DNA from: Paraspadella gotoi
Taxonomy: Eukaryota; Animalia; Chaetognatha
Direction of reading: 5' to 3'
Length of the DNA: 64,000 nt
NCBI GenBank assembly: GCA_051294375.1
Contig: CM119266.1
Location: forward strand, 1,059,554 to 1,123,553
In this document: positions 51,680-64,000 of the stretch, piece after piece
How the letters are laid out: the number at the start of each line of letters is the position of its first letter
Numbering within the stretch: position 1 is the first letter of the stretch
Notes under the pieces: model-generated
Seen by the model: only the letters and a program-made list of their open reading frames with translations
Told to the model about the DNA's origin: nothing
The model's database searches: none
Position numbers and translations under genes: made by a program

Positions 51680-54609
51680 TTAGTTCTTTTTCGCCTTGGC
51701 CTCCTTGGCCTCCTTTGCTTCCTTGGCCTCTTTCTTCTTCCTCTCTTTCTCCTCCCATTCCTGCTTGACTTGACCGTAACTGACCATCAGCTTCTTGATG
51801 CCAGCGATGGCGTCGCCGGGGTTGAGACCTTTGGGACAGGTCTTGGTGCAGTTGAGAATGCTGTGACAACTGTATACTCTGTACGCATCCTGCATGAAGG
51901 TCATTCGTTCGTACAGCTTTTCGTCGCGCGAGTCGACCATCCAGCGGTAGGCTTGCATCAAAGTCGCAGGACCCAAGTAGCGGTCGCCGTTCCACCAGTA
52001 GCTGCGGAAGAGAGTGGGAAAGGTGTGGCATGAGGTATGACCGAAAATTCGCAAATTAAACGTCTCTTTTTATCAGTTTATTGTCTTGTAGATAAACGCA
52101 AAAAAATCAGACGCGAATGCGATATGAAAAGTTTTGTTAGTAATCGATGATCGATGACTGAAAACTAATAGGATTGTGAAAAACTATTACATTTACCATT
52201 TACCAATTTAAAAGACGTAAACTGGGCTAATTTGAAAACTATTTTTGACCACTATTAACGCAACCATAAATTAAATCAAACAAAAGAAAAAGACTCAATT
52301 AAGCAATGTCTTCAGAAAGAGAAAACGAAGATGCCGAAGAGGACTTAATTTTCGCTACAGCTAAGTCCTTATTTATTTTTCGGAAAATAATAAAAAACCA
52401 TAATAAATAATCAGCGTTTTCCAATTCTACCGATTGTCCAAACGAAAAATGAAACTAATCAAAAACATACAGACGCTTCGAAAGCTTTTCCTATCCCGAA
52501 AGAAACGACAGAGGACTTAGGGAACGGTGTCGCAGCGAACCGCCGTTCTTCCATGGAACAGATGAGCGTCGAGGAGGACAACTTCCGAGACGGGTCCAGT
52601 TGCGCAGCCGGCTTCAGATGGATCATTTGTCAGAAGGTAGATTTGCCAAAATTGTGGAATCTCGTCGACGATCGATTCGCTTTCGCCAATCCTTCATTCT
52701 CACCCAGCCCGATTTTCGCGGGCAGCCAGACGTGACGGACTCTTCCTCCCAACTGCTCATCGATCACGTGGACAGCCGTTTCAGCCCGCGGCGTAAGAGG
52801 CAGATTCTAGTGGCGACGGCCGTCGTGGGTTTCGTGATGGCCACAATCTTCGTCATTGGCGCCGTCATAGCGACCGATATGCACGTCAGAGAGGCGAGAG
52901 GGTGTTAGAATTCATTCGACAATAGTCTATACCGACCTTTAGGCTTATAATAGTTCAGTCATGATAATTACTTCACAGGAATTGTCCGCTATAAAGGATT
53001 CGCCCACGCCAAAATCCGAAACCGCGCACAAGAAACGTCAGAAAAACGACGGAAAGAAAACGGACAAACATAAAACAAAGACGACGACAACAAAGACAAC
53101 AACCACTAGTACGACAACAACAACGATGATGACGACTATTCCGGCGCAATCAACATCGCCTTTCCATACAAAGCTAATGAAAGGAGTAGGCGAAGTTGAA
53201 ATTTCAGACGGAGAAAACTTGAAGGCCGACGAGGGTGAGAGAAAATATCTGATGGAGGACGAGAAAGAAGACGACGACGACCTAAATATGAATTTTGAAG
53301 ACGATGATAACGAAGATGAAGAAGATGATGAGGAAGAAGACGACGACGACGACCTCGATCTCGATTTAGAAAATTTCGATAAAAGAGAAGACGACGACAT
53401 CGAAGACGATTTTTATCACGCCAAAAATTATTTGTACAAACTAAAAAAGGCAAACTTAACGAATAATAAGAACAAAAAGAGTTGAGGTGGTCTCACATCC
53501 CGGCCGTCAATTATTGCCTAGGGGATGCACAAATGTTTAGGGAACTACTTTGATGTAGCAGTAACAATTTTTAGATACGCTACGAAGGTCTTTTCGTTTA
53601 TTGCTGATTATTTGTAATAAAGTTTCAATTCTTCAATAATAAATACATAAAACTACACGGAAATCGAGTTTAAAGTCTTGATATGAATTAACTTACCTAG
53701 GGCATGCGGTTGAACAGCAGGCGCACAGAATGCATTCATACATGCCATCCAATTTGGCTCGGTCCTCCCGAGTTTGCAGAAAGGAAAACTTGCCATACTC
53801 GTGCTTTCCGTCGCGCTGCAGGTAAGGTTTAATAGTTTTGTACTGGAGGTAAAAGTTGGCCATGTCTGAAAATAAAAATTTGAAATGGAACAAATTGAAA
53901 AACAGAATAATAAACGAACGCAATACTAAGCGACGATAAAAACCTAACCCACCCGGGACCAAATCCTTGACGACGTACATATGAGGCAACGGATAAATCT
54001 TGATGACTTTGTCCAACTTCTCGTTGTCGATCTTGGTCAAGCAAGCCAGAGTGTTGCAACCGTCGATGTTCATGGCGCAAGAACCGCAAATACCTGAGAG
54101 ATCCTTTCGTTTATTCGCAAAGAGAGTCGACATTAATCATCCCGAATAACCGTGTATCGAACCTTCGCGACACGAGCGTCTGAAAGTGACCGTGGAATCC
54201 ATCTCGTTCTTGATCAGGATCAGAGCGTCGAGTACCATTGGACCGCACGTGTTCAGATCAACTGATGGATGGATTTGGGTAGGGGAATAATTGGAAGAAT
54301 GAAGTTTAAATTATAAAAACTTTCATCAGGACGAAAAGGTTCTCCGTTGGCGACCCGCGTACCTTCGAAAGTCTGTCGATGGGGCTTCATGTCCTTGTAT
54401 TCGGGATTCCAGCGGTAGATTTGGAACTTCTTGATTCTTCTCCCATCGTCTTCGGCGTTGACGTTGACATTGACGTCCGCTTCGGCGTTAAGGTTGGCGG
54501 AGAGCCCGGCGCGGGACGAACAGGTTCTGGACAACGCAGCCCTCAGGAAACGAGCGGAGATGGACAAGAGGCGACCGCGATCAAAGGATGCCACGAAATT
54601 GGCGCTCAT
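51680..54609 (-). CDS. SDHB: Succinate dehydrogenase iron-sulfur subunit B, 5 exons
   Basis: Arg/Ser-rich presequence; FQIYRWNP; CGPMVLDAL; [19 protein letters not shown]; [15 protein letters not shown]; [19 protein letters not shown]; [18 protein letters not shown]. Confidence 0.97.
52306..53485 (+). CDS. Unknown single-pass (type II-like) membrane protein with Thr-rich and acidic tracts, nested antisense in the last SDHB intron
   Basis: RRKR followed by hydrophobic [23 protein letters not shown]. The final exon 52979-53485 has poly-T and poly-D/E runs, and aataaa follows at ~53616. The 5' exon splicing is ambiguous. Confidence 0.62.
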
Positions 54610-55461
54610 TGTTGACGAGGAAATCGTTAATGGCGCAAAATAAGGAACTATTGATTAGGACTATGCTGTGGAAGGAAGGAAAACTCGTTAAAAGAAACTA
54701 AAACTTCGTATCAAGCTTTTTTTTTTTTTGGAAAGAAAGCTCTATAAACTATCAAAAGGATGGTAAAGAGTCAAGCGCTTCGTTTATGCTGAAGAGGAAG
54801 AGGAACGGGTTTGGGTAGTTAGGACAAGAACATGTTTCTAGCTGGACTTAATCCCCCAGATTTTACTATGAAAAGACAAAAGAACAGGGAAAGTAAACAA
54901 ACTGCGTACATGGCCCAAATCTAAAAGGATTTTTATCAACTGATAAATCGTAACATAATTGAGACACAAAAAAATAACGATCTAGCTAGTTTGCGGTCAA
55001 AATGAACTATCATTTATCAGAGACTACTAGAGTAGCTAGAAAAGAGATTATCATCATCAGAATAAAATATTCGTACTGGAAAGTCAAGTATTTACTGGAA
55101 TTGATACAAAAATCCGTAACTTTGTACGGAGAAACGTGAAATCTTTAAAAATTATCAAGAGAAAATGAAAACGATTTTTGGTTCTTCTACAAGTGAATTT
55201 ACCTGAAGTATCATGAGCAGGATAAAAAAACATTTGGGGAGGGGTGTCAACTGCTTTAATTAATATGAAACCTACATTATGTATAGCGCTTGGGGGTTTT
55301 CAAAACAAAAAAATCGTTCTTGCATCATTACGACAGACAGTTAAACTAAAAAGATACATCGAATCGGTAGCCATTGCGACTAGGATGATTGTTTTATGCC
55401 TCCTCAATCTTCACCAGAGCAATTACAATTAAGCAAATCTTCATCCATCACGAACTTATAA

Positions 55462-57704
55462 TCAACAGCCGAAGGAATTTTCCCCACTGTAGGCTATATA
55501 AAGGAATCCATCCTGTTTGAGCAATAATCGAATCACAATAAATGATAGAAAGCATTAAAAATATCAAAACTTCAACTAACCTCATCGCGGTGTTCCTCAT
55601 AAATGTGGCCCATGCTCGCACTGTAAAATAAAGTTTTAAAGTAAATTTAATCTCTGAATTTATTTTGTATGTATATTTTCTTACATCTGCTAACACTGCA
55701 ACTTTATTGTCAATTCATAATAAAATTGTAAATGTTTTTTTTTCTGAAAAGAAAAATCTTAAAAGCATAAGGATCGTCGCAATCGCATAAGAAAAATCTG
55801 ATTGACGACAAATTTTGATACTAAAAAAAATAAAATTTGAAAAAAGAAAATTAATTTATAAACAGAAAAAAAATTTTTATTTTATAAATTATAAATTAAA
55901 GTTAGTTTCTGAAAAAAAAAAGAAAAAAAAAATTTCATTGTCAAGAAATAAACTAATCAGCAAACGCAGCCCCTGAGAAAAAAAATAAAATAAAAACCTG
56001 ATGTTGCGATAGCAAAATGATAACATGCACGAATGCGATGCTTAATTTTACGAGTTTAATCCTATTTCATTTTTTTTTTTAATAAAAACGCAGAGAGAGA
56101 GAGAAGAAGAATTTAAAACGCAGCAGCAGAAGGAAAAAAGAGAGATAAAGAATAAGCCCCTGCAGAGCCAGCTGCAGACTCAAAAGGCAGCAGCAGAAGC
56201 AGCAGGAGAAAAGAAAGAAAAAGAATAAGCCCCTGCAGAGCCAGCTGCAGACTCGTTTTTTTTTCCAAATGAACCAGTGATTCGGGAAAAGAGAGAAGGA
56301 GAGAGACATGTAATTAAAAGAGAAAAGAGAGAGAGAAAGAAATATAAAAATAAAAGAGAGAAAATTTGTTTATTTTGATAAAACGTAAACAAAACATTTA
56401 ATAACTGTCCAGACTCAAATTTAAGCACATCGATGATGAGAAGCTATATATAAATTTTCAGCTTCATACATCCAAATTTAATAATAAAAAAGGCGATCTA
56501 TAATTTGGAACGCCGACGACAACAACAACGACGACGCCACTTATGCGCAAAAGCGTTACAATATCGTCGCTAAGCGATTGCAACGATAAAAAAGCAAACA
56601 AATAAATACGGGAATGGTTGCAAAAGATTTTTTATAAAGTAAACTATAAAAGCAAAGCGAAAAATTTAGAATAAAGATCCGGAGATAAAAAGTCAAGCAA
56701 TTCCGTCCACATTAGGGAGCAGATCAATCACGGGACTTCGGGAAGCGAGCTGGTCCCCATTCTCACGCTGACGGAAGACAGATAGCCTCTCAAAGAAGAC
56801 GTTTTGCAACAAATGCAACAGATAGATGACGTAAATATTTTAAAAGTATCATGATCGTTAATTTAATTCTCTATTCCTCTTTAAATACCTGCTTTGAGGA
56901 AGGATTCTTCCGACGAAGAGGAAGATGGCGCGCTCGGACGGGAGTTGGATGCGCTTGCGGATGATCCACATGAATTGCGCCACGGAAATGTCGTTGGGCA
57001 CAAGGAACTTCTTCTTGTCGATGTTGGGGATGCTCGTGTCGGGGACCTTTTCCACGATGACCTGGGAGGAAGAGGGAGTTGGTAGGATCGCAAGTGTGAG
57101 TTGCAATTTAACATTAGCGATCCTATAGGCAATACAACTTATTATGTTTAGTTTTACTTACCGGAATTCTGTCCGGGTATTTGTTCCTTATTTTGGCGGA
57201 CTCCGCCTGCCTAATGTCTAAATAGTAAAATAAAACGAAGTAATTTATTTTTAGGCAGGAATGTTTTTTCTACAGATTGAAAAAATCGTATCAATGAATA
57301 ACTAACTGATGCATTCAAAATTAATGTAGCCAACTTTTTCAAATAACGAATATAACAAGGATCCCTCGATACGTGATAATCTACGATTCATCATGTCTTC
57401 CAATTACGCAATATCCACTGGCTAGATTTTCATGAAGGTTTATGATCCAAATTATCACTAAAAGTACATCAGTATATACAGAAAATCAATTAACGAATTC
57501 CAACTAAATATGAACAAGTTAATAACAACCGTGTGAACTATAAACATTGCTGCACTAAGAGTTAACCAACTCGAAAACAAAGGGATCAGCTGTTTCCTGA
57601 AATCGGGTCGAATCTCGCAATCGAGAATAACCGAGCAACCCAAATGCAATTTCAAATCGAATTAACTTACCAAAGGCGGTGTCGTCTTTGAATTCCCACT
57701 TCAT
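55462..57704 (-). CDS. GABARAPL2: ATG8-family protein GABARAPL2/GATE-16, 5 exons
   Basis: [11 protein letters not shown]|[19 protein letters not shown]|[46 protein letters not shown]|[14 protein letters not shown]|[16 protein letters not shown]. Confidence 0.96.
55753..56592 (-). mobile_element. HINE-like family B copy in GABARAPL2 intron 3
   Basis: Near-complete copy with both ends (cttaaaagcataaggatcgtcgcaatcgcataag ... atcgtcgctaagcgattgcaacgataaaaa) and an internal duplicated core. Confidence 0.8.
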
Positions 57705-58092
57705 TTTTCACCAAGAAATTGATAAGTTCGATGATCGTCGTAGGTTGACAGAAATTTCTGGAACGTAGGGCGTTGGGAGAGACTTCGAACCCGAAGCTTT
57801 TCGTCAGTCTTTCGCTCTCTCTCTATCTGGCGACTGGTTGTCGTCGTCGTCGTCGTCGTCGTCGTGGTGATAGCGAATTGGACGGAAAAGGGAAGGAGCC
57901 TCAACAAAAGCGCATCCAACTGCAGAGAAAACTCAAGGAACCCAGAGATTATGACGTAGTGTGTGTGGCTGGTTGGAAGGCTCCTTAGTTCATCTCAGGC
58001 AAGCTGACTCATGATCGCGAGAGTATTCGTCGCCTGCGCAGGTTTTCCGAGCAAAAAAAAATTTATCAACGTGATTCATCTTTGTCATCATC
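57705..58092. promoter_or_regulatory. Putative bidirectional promoter shared by GABARAPL2 and NKIRAS
   Basis: Head-to-head ATGs ~390 bp apart. The interval is CpG-rich and contains tgacgt, tgactca and tcgcgaga motifs. Confidence 0.55.
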
Positions 58093-61000
58093 ATGGGGAA
58101 GGTGAACAAGGTCGTGGTTTTCGGTAAAACCAAAACTGGAAAAACCGCCATTCTCAACAAAATTATATACCCCGATAGCAACATGGTCGGAATAGTAAGT
58201 AAATAGAGCTTACAACAAAAATACAGTATTATTTCTTGAGAACTTTAAATATTTCGTTTTCAGGATCTGTGCCCAACCATAGAGGACATTTACATGGGCC
58301 AAATTGAAACGGACCGGACCGGAAATGGAGCTAAGGGAACTGAAAAGGAGAGGGTCTGCTTCTACGACACGGCCGGATTGGTACAGTTTACCCAGTGCTA
58401 GGAACTTGACTTGATAACTTAAGTTTTAAAGATTTGAAGACAAATGCATATCGAGTTAACTAGCTTTCTTGTTAAGTAGAAAAACACTATAAACAACGCA
58501 GAACTAAGCAAAGGCCAAATGTCAATAATCAAAATCACGAAACCACAGTTAGTATCTCCCCCCGGCGCCTCGCCCAACCGTTCAGCACCCGTGACGACTT
58601 CTGGTCTTCGGCCGCGGAATTAAACTTTTTCTTCGCGGGCTTTCAACGCCGCCTTCAACTCGCGCAACGCCGAGGCTTCGTCGGCGCCCTCCAGCGATTA
58701 CCGGGATCCTCGAAGGTTTGGCGGGGAGTGCACCGCCGATCGCGTCGTCAGTTTCGTGGATCGAACGGCTTTTAACGACTCCCGCGGTTTTACACTCTCG
58801 ACCCTCCGAACTCTGGAACCATTGTGGCATCGGTGGCTGCTTGGTCGCTTGATTTTTTCTGACGAACGCTTCGGAAAACTGCATGGTGCGGCGAACAACT
58901 TCGAATGAAACGTCTCCGTCAACGACTCTTGGGTGCTCAGTCGTTGGACGCGCGTCTCCGTCGTCGTCGGATGTCAATGCGCAAGCGCAGACGAAAACGT
59001 CCTCCTCTATTCCCCAGGAGAGGCAGAAACGCTGTCGACGCAGCCTGGCGTCCAAATCGTGCATTTCGCGCGCCAGGTACTTCAAGCCGCGCTGTTCTGG
59101 GCAGCCGACAGCCGCGCGAACACGCTCCCAGAATTCTGTGACGGCTCGACGTCCACGGATAAAATCTGCATCGCGGGCGAGGGCGTGCCGCGCCAGCAGT
59201 GTCGACTCAACTAGCCGAAGACGCCGACCGTAGAATCGAACGGCGCCTTCCGTTAGGAGGCAACGCGTCTGAATTCCGACCAGTTTGTGGCGGATTTCTT
59301 CGATCTTAAGTCGGGATCGCGAGACTAGGGCGTGGACGGCAATTCGACCGACCTTGTCGTGCGAATGTAACTTCTCCCTTATAAAATGATGCTTTTCTTG
59401 AATTAAGAAGTGAACTTAATAAAAACTCAAAGAACTCTTCACCTGTCGCTGCTTTCGTTATCGCACTCCATTGCGAAGTTGACTAGATTTGATAAAAAGC
59501 ACGCGGTGAAAAAGGAGTAGGCGGAGCAAGGAGTAAGCGGCTTTGGTACTCATTCCAAATAAGATACTTTTGTACTTGGTCGATTAAACGTTAAGATAGA
59601 TCGCGTAAGCTTGAAAGCCTTGTATTAATGTGGCGCTCGCGAGGGGCAGTGTTCAAATTTAGTTATGGTAATTTGAAATATTTGCCAGGGGACATAAATC
59701 AGAGAACAATCATCATTTCTATACTTAGTTATCAAAAACTCCACGTTGCTCTTTAACAGGAATCGCCTATGAGCGAAGTCCCAAAACACTACATTAGCAT
59801 GGCCGACGGTTTCATCCTCGTCTACAGCATCGACAGCGCAGATTCGTTCCAGTGTGTCGAGAAGCTCAAGCGAGACATTGACAAGTACAAGGAAAAGAAA
59901 GAGGCGAGTGGTGGGGATGTAAATGATGTTTCTGTCTTATGGTTCTTTTGTCAATATAATTGTAATGGTTACATTTTCAGGTAACGATTGTGGTGCTTGG
60001 AAACAAGAGCGACCTGGAAGTAAATCGCCAAGTTAGCAAACGACAAGCCGACTCGTGGGCCGCCCGAGAAAAAGGTACGATTTTCTTCCGCGGTATATTC
60101 ACACGTATTAATATTTAACCCCGAATGTTGAAGTTGTATTTTGCTTTTCTTTAGTAATTCTCCGAGAAGCTTCGGTTACTGACAGGCGAACCATCTTCGA
60201 TCCCGTCGTCCAACTAGTTTCGAAAATGACCCAACCTCCAAGTAAGAATCTACATTATTCCTATTTTTTAGGTTAACTCGTTACAGTGCACATGAGAGAG
60301 CAAAACGCTGTCAAACTCTCTCCGACGAACAATTGCTTTTTTTTCATTGAGAAAAAGACAAGAGTCCGCATCACTTTTTGCGTCGGATGTCTTGTCCGGT
60401 TCCACCGACGAATGCGTTCGTCCTCAACCATACGATTTTAAGCAGTACACGCGAATGAATAACAAGGTTTGTGCTCCGAAGTTTTCCGCGGAGACAACTT
60501 CGGAATCGCTTGCTTCAAAAATGGAATGGGTGTACTGTTCACGAACGAAAGACCGTTTTCTTTCTCAAGGGCCGTTTGGTTGCAGGCATGCTATAATGAT
60601 CAATAATCCAACGATTAACGCTTAAATTAATTTTCCCTTTTCTTTCGACGGCCGGTTAACTTGCTGTCGGATAACCAAGTATCCCGATTAACTTATTAGC
60701 GACTAATAAAGTACTAACTTATATAAATAAAAGAATAGCTTTTGTTTCAACCTTAGTAGGGATCCAAGGAAACCCCCTCTCACTGAAATACGACTTTAGC
60801 TATCGACGTCTTTCAACCCCCATCCATTCTCAGCCGAGAAAGGCTCCTCTACGGACCATCACCTCCTTCACCCGTCGACATTCTTCCACGGGACGGCTTC
60901 TTCACACGCGGGAGCGCACCCCGTCCGAAGCAAGAGTCCCAATCGAGGCATCTTGAAGGCACGACTTAAATTATTCTTCACAATACCCGTTCGAGCGAAT

Positions 61001-61709
61001 TTTTCTTTTATAACAAAGTTTAAAGTTTATTTAATAATATGAAAGTTCGCCTAATAAACCCGAGCCGTTGTAAACATCGCGTGCTCATTCGGGTAAACTC
61101 GATCGACGACACTTAATCGTCAACCAAGGATGCTAATCGAGTTCTCAACGCGACAGGGAATGACGTCGAGCATCGGCAGAAAAGCCTCCAACGCCCTCGG
61201 CTTGCATCCAAGGGAGCCGAGGCCAAAAGAAGCTAAGGTCAAGTCGGCTCAGACGCAGCCGGCCAAAATCAAGAAGTGAATGGTGCCCGCTCCTTAGCAT
61301 TAGCATAATGATAATCATTAAATGTTTAATCGTGACCCTGTCTTTAATCTTGTTCCGTTCACATCATCATCATGACTGATAACTATTAGAGACGATTTCG
61401 CGTTTGTTGCATGATCTCTAAGAACCGTACCAATCAATACAATCATTCCTCTCGGGACCCTCTCCTATTCGGCCATTTAAAATTGTCAATATTAAATCTC
61501 AGATCTAAACCGGTGAATGGTAACATAATCATTAGAAATGGATCGGTTACATAATTTGTTAAACGGAAAGGTGTAAACGATTGACGCCATACTTTTTCAC
61601 GAAATGTCTTTAATCACTCGTTCTCCTCTTTTCTAACCCACACTACCCAAATGCAGGTAAAAGCGGCTTCCGTCTCAGGCCAAGCAACCGACTTCCATTC
61701 GACACGTAA
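58093..61709 (+). CDS. NKIRAS: NF-kappaB inhibitor-interacting Ras-like protein (kappaB-Ras), 6 exons
   Basis: KVVVFGKTKTGKTAIL; PTIEDIYMGQIETDR..KERVCFYDTAGL; PKHYISMADGFILVYS..KEKKE|VTIVVLGNKSDL; WAAREKV; EASVTDR..SKMTQPP|SKSGF. No CAAX, as is typical for NKIRAS. Confidence 0.92.
58582..59471 (-). CDS. Orphan ~275-aa protein with C-terminal SxIP motifs, 2 exons, nested antisense in NKIRAS intron 2
   Basis: ATG 59471 exon (MECDNESSD-R|gtgaag) spliced to an ~800-nt open frame (~59378-58582) that extends the listed 167-aa ORF upstream. It is a GC-rich island in an AT-rich intron. Confidence 0.65.
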
Positions 61710-62853
61710 GCTCGCCTCGTCCAGAAACGCGATCTTATTCAAGTTTTTTTCTGTAAAACATTCCTCAATCGATTTGATCTTAATTGTATAATGTTTATGT
61801 AATATATTGTTAATGCTATTAATGAAGACTTTCTTCCTTGTAAAACAAACAAGCTAGAGTCGAATTCTGCTAAAGACTTATTTCCTATTGACTAGTTTAA
61901 AAAAGGGAACATTCAAAGGATAAATTCATATCTTTACAACTTTAAAAAGGCAGTTTATAGAACAGGCATGATACCAGTGAAAGGTTACGAGATTTCGTAG
62001 GAAAAGTATTTTTAATTTTTTTTTCCAAATAGTGATTTAGTTAGATCTACGATTATTAATAATATTATAATCTTTAACACTTACTGAATGCGGCAATAGA
62101 AAGAGCAATTTTAAGTTTTCTGGCTTTTCCATATCGCTTCAAATATAAAATAAATTTCAAAATTTAAATTCTCGAAATAGAAATCGATTTCAATAGAATT
62201 TGAAGCAGGCGATCATACAAGTGAATTCAGGCTGTCATATACAGTATATATTAACGAATTTCCTGCTACCATAGGATTTAAGTTGTCAGGGCACGGCGCC
62301 ACAACCTAGTATGCAATTTTCACGCAAATATCGGTTTAATAGGTTAATTGATGGCACTTTTTTTTAAAGCCAATAAGCGTGACACACTTGTGGGGTAAGA
62401 AAAAAGGAGAAAAAACCTACGTGCATACGGCGACCTTCGCACTGGAGTCAACGCAAAAGGATATATATATATATATCAATAATTCATATGTATCATCTGT
62501 ACAAATTCCATAATAAAAAACTAACGCAAAGGCTAAAATAACGAATTTTGCCCCGATTATCCAACGTTTTGATTCTAAGTCAAAACGCACGCGATTTTGT
62601 TTTATAACATAACATTTATAAATAACTAAGAGTAATAACTGTAACCGCAAAATAAATTGCAGTGACCTAATCGCTTTGACTTGTGAAAACAAAATTTTTT
62701 TAGCAAAATTCAACGACGAAAAAATAGACGGTAAAGATCAACAAGGGTTGGGGTAGACAAATATTTGAAACTTTTAAAAAAGGCTGGGAAAAATTTCGGT
62801 CGCAATTTTCCCCCCAAATTTTTTGGTGTGCGTTTTTGTTTTTTTGTTTTTTT

Positions 62854-63885
62854 TTACGCTCGAGGATCCCAATCGGACTGCGCGCCGTTTTTGACTTGGC
62901 CGTTAGCCATGGGATAGTAGCCCCCGCGAAGAGGCATTCCGAAGGGCATAGACGAGGTTCCGTTGCTGACCAGCGATTGGGGCAAGTGCCCGTTGAGTTC
63001 GTTAAGTTGAGGCGCGACGGGGGTTGGGGCGGGGAGGAAAGGCTGAGTCTGGGCGGAAGGATGGGAAGGTCGAAGCGGGCGGCGATCCTCTTTGGAAGGA
63101 GCGTCCTGATTGCTGGGCTTGACCAGATTGTTTATGGCGACGGTGACGCCATTGGTGAGTCCGTTCAACTGGCGCAAGGGAGCGTGTGGAGGTTTGGAGA
63201 GGAGCGACGCGAGAGGGGGCGCGTTGATTGGTTTTTCCGAAGGCTTCGTCGTCGGGGGCGCCGTCGAGTTGGGCATGACGACGACGGTTGATGGAGAGAA
63301 CTAAGAAAGAGGGCGAAGAGATACTTCAAGCGGTAAGGCGACAGCAACGTTGCTAACAGCATAATCGTGATTCAGTCGAAACCTTACACCCGATTACTAA
63401 ATTGTTTTTGATATTTAATCTGAAGTTATTTGATTTGATTTAGTACTTTTAAATATTTTTGAAATAAAATGAGCACACAATCAACAAAGATCGCAACTAA
63501 AAAGTCAACAAAGAACCTCCTCCTTCATAACCACCCGACTTTTCCATGTTTAATAAAAATTCCTTACGTCCGTGAGGGGTTCCGGACGAAGCGAAGGGGG
63601 GAGGTAAGCGGTTGGCAGAGGCAACTGAGTTGAAGCGACGGAAGATCTCTCCTGGTTTCCGTTTTGGTCTGCTTCGGGAGCCTCCTGTCACAGAAGACGG
63701 ATTTTTTGTTTGTTTTAAAAGTACAAAGATTTAAAAAATACTTAAAAAGNNNNNNNNNNCACAGCTGAAGGTAACAAAGGTATAACTGGCTGTTGGCTGG
63801 TCTCCACCGCTGGACGAATGGGGGAAAGGGTGGTCTGATTGTCCAAAACGTGCAATGGAAAACTCGCGGAGGATGTCGAGTCTGA
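62854..63885 (-). CDS. 3' exons of an unidentified gene (Pro/Ser-rich disordered tail) entering from the right edge
   Basis: Exons ~63685-63569 (EAPEADQNGNQERS..PEPLTD|gtaagg) and 63300-62854 (FSPSTVVVMPNS..DWDPRA*) splice in phase 0. Another probable exon lies at ~63787-63885. Confidence 0.6.
63750..63759. other. Assembly gap (10 N)
   Basis: Run of 10 N. Confidence 0.99.
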
Positions 63886-64000
63886 AAAAGGAAACGTGAG
63901 ACAAAGTTGACATAAGAAACCAGTCGGATGACTAACGGATTGGCAAATTCTACAGGAGAAAATTAACGGATGTTTGTTAGCCGTCACTTCAATTAGCATT

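Noticed and set aside
1-64000. Alternative genetic code, tRNA/rRNA genes or prokaryotic systems
   Set aside because: The conserved genes translate cleanly with the standard code after splicing. No RNA genes or bacterial-type operons were recognised.

Overview
Eukaryotic (invertebrate animal) genomic DNA with a compact, gene-dense layout: short AT-rich introns and CpG-rich exons. The species cannot be determined from this window. A ~34-kb minus-strand ARHGEF10-like RhoGEF gene runs off the left edge and hosts three intron-containing antisense genes in its introns: a DEG/ENaC channel, a PAF-acetylhydrolase and a highly divergent EF-Ts (TSFM)-like gene. Further right are ADAR2-like, V-ATPase G, SDHB (with a nested antisense membrane-protein gene), GABARAPL2/ATG8, a head-to-head kappaB-Ras/NKIRAS (with a nested antisense SxIP-motif orphan) and the 3' end of an unidentified gene. 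Non-autonomous mobile elements are abundant: two Helentron-associated (HINE-like) families, TA-site and piggyBac-like MITEs, a structured TG..CA element with 4-bp TSDs, and a four-level nested insertion at 9.6-12.9 kb. The ~6.3-kb tandem repeat at 16.8-23.2 kb looks like a long-read gap-filling artefact. The best novelty leads are the apparently repurposed EF-Ts-like protein (no TDFV motif, no evident presequence, CCSCC cluster), the hairpin-rich TG..CA element with its 76-bp mini-derivative, a hairpin micro-intron in the ADAR catalytic domain, and several GC/GA splice donors. Gene models were spliced by eye and family calls rest on remembered motifs, not database searches.
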